Source of the DNA: an uncultured Pseudomonadota bacterium
Lineage (GTDB): Bacteria; Vulcanimicrobiota; Vulcanimicrobiia; Eremiobacterales; Eremiobacteraceae
Assembly: GCA_963736005.1 (NCBI GenBank)
Contig: CAVTNB010000001.1
Location: forward strand, 1,504,001-1,568,000
DNA: 64,000 nt
Reading direction: 5' to 3'
A model generated the notes under the pieces. It made no database searches, had not been told where the DNA came from, and saw only the letters and a program-made list of their open reading frames with translations. Both the position numbers and the translations under genes were made by a program. Shown here in pieces: positions 59,915-64,000 of this stretch. Within the stretch, counting starts at the first letter, position 1, and each line of letters opens with the position of its first letter.

Positions 59915-61492
59915 TTACTGGAGCGTTACGACCGTCATGCTCCAAACCGGGAGCGTTACAGAGAACGTTTTACCGACCGTTCCGAGGTTTGCGGAAAGCG
60001 GGGCAGTCCACACGCCATTTTTTGAGTCGTCGTATTGCTTCTTGCCGTAGACCACGCTGCTCGCCGAAAAACTCGAGCGGCTGGCCCCCGCGATGTTGAC
60101 GGTAACCGTTGCGGCGTTATTTTGATCAAGATTGAAGAGCAGGACCGCGTAGCCCGCACCTTTCGTGGCCCCATACGCTCTCAGCGACGAGAGCGAGGCA
60201 ACCACGGTCGCGGGCAGCATGCGGTTCCCTGCCACTGCAAATTGAGCCATGACCGAATAGGCTCGGGCGGGAGGAAACGGCGTTTCGAACGTGGTTGCTT
60301 GAGCACTCGAGCAGCCGTACTCAGGTGTGCCATCAGACGACGCCATGTAACCGCCGAAATTTTGCCAGCCATACAGCGACGAGGATTGGTTGCCGACACC
60401 GCAGCCGCCAAAGGCCAGCCACCAGGTCGCCATAGGCACTCCCTGGTTGAGCAGTTGCGCGACCGCCTGGCCAGCGAAGAGCCCGTTGACGATGGACATC
60501 GTCTGCTTGCCTGGATTTGTGTACACGGAGTTCATCTCGCCAAGGTAAATGGGAACGCTTGGCGACACCCCGTTCGCGTTCATGATGGAGCGTTCCGCGG
60601 TGACTGCGTTCGCCAGATCAATCGGCGCTTGTTTCAGCAGATACGTGTCGCTTTCGCTTCCCGGCGCTTGCGCATACCAATGCAGTTCGACGAAGTCATA
60701 TTTTGCTTGCGTGAGCACCGTGTTATCCCACTGCGTTGAATACGATCCAGCAACAACCACACCGACTTTGATCGTTGGGTCTTTTGCTTTCATCTGCGGA
60801 TAGTAACCGGTCGCGACGGCGTTTGCATAGGTTGGGGCGTCGTGAGCTGGTGAATGCAAATCGTACTCCCAACCGCCGTACACTTCGTTGCCGATCGTCC
60901 AGTACTTCACACCGTAATGCTTGGTATTGTCCGCGTAATCAACCCAAGCGGCAGCTTCTGCTGGATCGCCGCCCGCGTTGCACGCAGCGTTCGACCCATA
61001 GTTGATCGTGATGGCGAGATCCAAGCCCGCGGGCTTGACGACGTCGTTCATGAAATTGTCGAAAGTTGCATTTGGATTTGCGTATCCACCACAGAGGGTG
61101 TTGGTCTGCCAGTGGTAGGCGTCAGAATCAGATCCTCCCGGCCAGCGGGTCATGTGGTAGCCTGCGTTGTCCAGAGCAGTCGCGACCCCGGGTTGCGTCG
61201 GATCGAACCATACCGCCATATTCGCGCCGAGCGTGTCGGCGCTAATGGACGCTCCGGGCGCCGCCGCATTGATCACGATCTGCGGAGAGCTGACGGCTGT
61301 GGGACTCGGAGTGGGAGTGGGATGCGAAGATGAACTCCCAGTTGGAGTCGGGCTTGCTCCTTGTTGGCCAACGGGCCCAGTCAAGCTAGCGGAGGACGAG
61401 CCTCCGCCGCAACCGACAACCTGCACCGCGACGAAAATGCCGAGAGCAATGTAGCAGCGGACCTTTAGGTCCGCTTTTGTCCCCAAACCCAC
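59915..61492 (-). CDS. Lipoprotein glycoside hydrolase, clan GH-A (GH44/51/79-like)
   Basis: Lipobox VVGC, Ser/Pro/Thr linker, RWPGG, IGNE (acid/base), LGE (nucleophile); start uncertain. Confidence 0.8.
   Translation of the reverse strand: MGLGTKADLKVRCYIALGIFVAVQVVGCGGGSSSASLTGPVGQQGASPTPTGSSSSHPTPTPSPTAVSSPQIVINAAAPGASISADTLGANMAVWFDPTQPGVATALDNAGYHMTRWPGGSDSDAYHWQTNTLCGGYANPNATFDNFMNDVVKPAGLDLAITINYGSNAACNAGGDPAEAAAWVDYADNTKHYGVKYWTIGNEVYGGWEYDLHSPAHDAPTYANAVATGYYPQMKAKDPTIKVGVVVAGSYSTQWDNTVLTQAKYDFVELHWYAQAPGSESDTYLLKQAPIDLANAVTAERSIMNANGVSPSVPIYLGEMNSVYTNPGKQTMSIVNGLFAGQAVAQLLNQGVPMATWWLAFGGCGVGNQSSSLYGWQNFGGYMASSDGTPEYGCSSAQATTFETPFPPARAYSVMAQFAVAGNRMLPATVVASLSSLRAYGATKGAGYAVLLFNLDQNNAATVTVNIAGASRSSFSASSVVYGKKQYDDSKNGVWTAPLSANLGTVGKTFSVTLPVWSMTVVTLQ
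61451..61475 (+). repeat. REP variant B within the predicted signal-peptide coding region
   Basis: GTAGCAGCGGACCTTTAGGTCCGCT. Confidence 0.88.
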
Positions 61493-61549
61493 GCGGAAAT
61501 GATATCACCTCAAAGCGGGGTGGTCGTATGCCGTGCGTCACCGAGGGTG

Positions 61550-61601
61550 GGGCGATTTTCCAATCGCCCCCTACATGGGCGACTTGACAGTCGCCCGCTA
61601 C
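61550..61601 (-). repeat. Heterotypic REP doublet (variants C + D)
   Basis: GGGCGATTTTCCAATCGCCCCCTAC 61550-61574; GGGCGACTTGACAGTCGCCCGCTAC 61577-61601. Confidence 0.9.
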
Positions 61602-61620
61602 ATAATTGAACGGGCGAGAC

Positions 61621-63663
61621 TTAGAAGAGGGCGGCTTCGCGCAAGGCTTGGCCGAAAACTTTGGGGGCTTTGCGGGAAAGCGACGGGTCACCGGCGTCGG
61701 GTAACTGTCTGCGCAACTCCCACAGTTCGTCGCGTAACGCGGCCGCTTTTTCGAACTCCAGCCGCGAGGCGGCTTCCTTCATCTCTTTTTCGAGTTCGCG
61801 AATCGTCGCCACGAGAACCTCGCGTGGCACTTCCTTGAGGGCTTTTTTGCTCTTCTGCTCTGCCGCCGCAGTTGCATCGGCGAGAATGTCTCTCACCGAC
61901 TTACGAATGCTTTGCGGATCGATATTATGTTCGACATTGTACGCAAGCTGCATGGTGCGGCGCCGCTCGGTCTCGTTGATCGCACGCTCCATCGACTGGG
62001 TCACATTGTCGGCGTACATCAAGACCATACCGCTCACATGGCGAGCGGCTCGTCCAATGGTTTGGATGAGCGATGTTTCCGAGCGCAGATAGCCTTCTTT
62101 GTCAGCATCCAAAATGGCGACGAGCGAGACTTCGGGTAAGTCCAACCCTTCGCGCAAGAGATTGATGCCCACTAGACAGTCGAATTTGCCAAGCCGTAAG
62201 TCGCGCAGAATCGCAATCCGCTCGAGCGTCTCAATCTCGGAATGCAGATATTTCGCGCGCACGTCCATCTCGATGAGATAGTCGGTGAGATCCTCAGCCA
62301 TCTTCTTCGTCAGGGTGGTCACCAGCACGCGCTCGTGCACGGCTGCCCGCCGCCGGATCTGCTCCATGAGATCGTCAACTTGGCCTTTGGTTGGCCGCAC
62401 GACAACTTGCGGATCGACTAAGCCAGTGGGTCGGATGATCTGCTCGACAATTTGCGCCGAGTGGTTGCGCTCGTACGAGCCTGGCGTCGCCGATACATAC
62501 GCGATCTGTTTGACGTGTTTATCGAACTCGGCGAAGGTAAGGGGTCGATTGTCGATGGCCGACGGCAGCCGGAACCCGAATTCCACGAGAACTTCCTTGC
62601 GCGAGCGGTCGCCTTGATACATCCCGTGGACTTGTGGCAGCGTGACGTGGGACTCATCGACGAACACAAACCAATCCTCGGGGAAAAAGTCAAGCAAGCA
62701 GAATGGCGTCTGACCGGGCGCGCGACCCGTCAGATGGCGTGAATAATTCTCAATGCCGTTGCAATAGCCAAACTCGCGCAACATCTCCAGGTCATTCCGC
62801 GTGCGCATTTCCAGGCGCTGTGCTTCGAGCAGTTTCCCATTTGCGCGGAAATAGGCAAGGCGTTCTTCCAGTTCAGCCTCGATGCTCGCAATTGCGCGGC
62901 GCAGCTTTTCTTCTGGCGTGATGAAGTGCTTGGCTGGGAAAATCATCACCTCATCCATGTCTTCAATCAACTCGCCGGTGATCTGATTGACTCGCGTGAT
63001 ATTTTCGATCTGATCGCCAAAAAAATCAAGACGCGTGATGATCTCGTCGTCCACGGCAACGTACTCGAGCACATCGCCACGAACGCGGAACGTGCCGCGA
63101 ATGAGCGCAATGTCGTTGCGCGTATATTGCATGTCGACGAGCTTGCGCAAGAGTTTGTCGCGGTCGTACTCCTGACCGCGGCGCAACGAGAGCGACATTT
63201 CCATGTAATCAGAAGGCGAGCCTAAGCCGAAAATGCACGAGACCGATGCAACGATGAGCGTGTCGCGGCGGGTGAGCAGCGACTGGGTGGCCGAGTGCCG
63301 TAGGCGTTCGATTTCTTCGTTGATCGAAGAGTCTTTTTCAATGTACGTGTCGCTGGATGGAATATACGCTTCGGGTTGATAGTAGTCAAAGTACGAAACG
63401 AAATACTCGACCGCGTTCTTTGGGAAAAACTCCTTAAACTCGCTGCACAGCTGGGCCGCGAGGGTCTTGTTATGACACAAAACGAGCGTTGGTTTTTGCA
63501 CCTGCTCGATGGTCCAGGCCATCGTCGCGGTTTTGCCGCTGCCCGTAACGCCAAGCAGCGTCTGCGCGCGATCGCCCCGCAGAATGCCTTCGGAAAGGCG
63601 TGCGATGGCTTCGGGCTGGCTCCCAGCAGGCTTAAATGGCGATATGACTTCGAATTTTGGCAT
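61621..63663 (-). CDS. uvrB: Excinuclease ABC subunit B
   Basis: [27 protein letters not shown]-terminal UVR domain. Confidence 0.98.
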   Translation of the reverse strand: MPKFEVISPFKPAGSQPEAIARLSEGILRGDRAQTLLGVTGSGKTATMAWTIEQVQKPTLVLCHNKTLAAQLCSEFKEFFPKNAVEYFVSYFDYYQPEAYIPSSDTYIEKDSSINEEIERLRHSATQSLLTRRDTLIVASVSCIFGLGSPSDYMEMSLSLRRGQEYDRDKLLRKLVDMQYTRNDIALIRGTFRVRGDVLEYVAVDDEIITRLDFFGDQIENITRVNQITGELIEDMDEVMIFPAKHFITPEEKLRRAIASIEAELEERLAYFRANGKLLEAQRLEMRTRNDLEMLREFGYCNGIENYSRHLTGRAPGQTPFCLLDFFPEDWFVFVDESHVTLPQVHGMYQGDRSRKEVLVEFGFRLPSAIDNRPLTFAEFDKHVKQIAYVSATPGSYERNHSAQIVEQIIRPTGLVDPQVVVRPTKGQVDDLMEQIRRRAAVHERVLVTTLTKKMAEDLTDYLIEMDVRAKYLHSEIETLERIAILRDLRLGKFDCLVGINLLREGLDLPEVSLVAILDADKEGYLRSETSLIQTIGRAARHVSGMVLMYADNVTQSMERAINETERRRTMQLAYNVEHNIDPQSIRKSVRDILADATAAAEQKSKKALKEVPREVLVATIRELEKEMKEAASRLEFEKAAALRDELWELRRQLPDAGDPSLSRKAPKVFGQALREAALF

Positions 63664-63764
63664 AGTAAAGCAGCGGCGCAAAAGGGCTGTCCGTAACAGT
63701 TCGGAGAACTCCGACAGAGGCCTGCGAATAAGCAGGCCTGAGAAAGCAACGGGAGGCCGCTGTT

Positions 63765-64000
63765 ATGGCTACGGCAAAACCGGTCCTCTTCGCGGGCAAC
63801 TCCAATCCAGCGCTTGCCGAAGAGATCGCACAAAAGATGGGGACGCACGTCGGCAAGGCGCTCGTCACCACGTTTGCAAACGAAGAGTGCCGCGTCGAAA
63901 TCCGCGAAAACGTTCGCGGTGCCGATGCATTCGTCGTCCAATCTCTGTGCAAGTCCGATCCGCATCATTCCGTCAACGACTCGTTGATGGAGATGCTGCT
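63765..64000 (+). CDS. prs: Ribose-phosphate pyrophosphokinase (truncated by window end)
   Basis: MATAKPVLFAGNSNPALAEEIA...FANEECRVEIRENVRGADAFVVQS...NDSLMEML; RBS GGAGG. Confidence 0.95.
   Translation, partial: MATAKPVLFAGNSNPALAEEIAQKMGTHVGKALVTTFANEECRVEIRENVRGADAFVVQSLCKSDPHHSVNDSLMEML

Noticed and set aside
63664..63764. LexA box or riboswitch between uvrB and prs
   Set aside because: No GAAC-N4-GTTC or CTGT-N8-ACAG match; the AGGCCTGC/GCAGGCCT hairpin alone matches no RNA family I recognise.

Overview
GC-rich bacterial chromosome segment. The gene repertoire suggests a soil diderm such as Ca. Eremiobacterota/Vulcanimicrobiota, but this is inference only. Two zones are visible. (1) 1-19.1 kb, an accessory-looking region around tRNA-Val and the 3' end of tRNA-Glu. 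It holds a TetR-MFS pair, NmrA, secreted proteins, a nirK + CuA-subunit + Tyr-less (HxxxN, sNOR-like) heme-copper oxidase operon with three accessory membrane genes, a wHTH-TPR regulator/lipoprotein pair, an arsR-arsI-arsC-aquaporin operon, and a 34-aa RiPP-precursor-like gene (too short for the ORF track) with its own promoter, RBS and terminator. (2) 19.1-64 kb, mostly housekeeping on the minus strand. It holds ndk-eno-tRNA-Ile2-tRNA-Glu (eno ends inside the tRNA), birA, the 2-oxoacid dehydrogenase E1a/E1b/E2/E3-lipB-lipA cluster, aldehyde dehydrogenase, thiolase, acpS-nnr, ligA, uvrA, an M28 peptidase, a CDP-deoxysugar/glycosyltransferase locus, uvrB and prs. Zone 2 carries about 26 copies of GTAG-type REP-like palindromes in five stem variants (three clearly unrelated stem types) that share one 25-nt geometry (GTAG-N-20-nt hairpin). 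Several copies supply stop codons or are translated in-frame inside proteins. No transposase, integrase or CRISPR-Cas was recognised. All coordinates were counted by hand.
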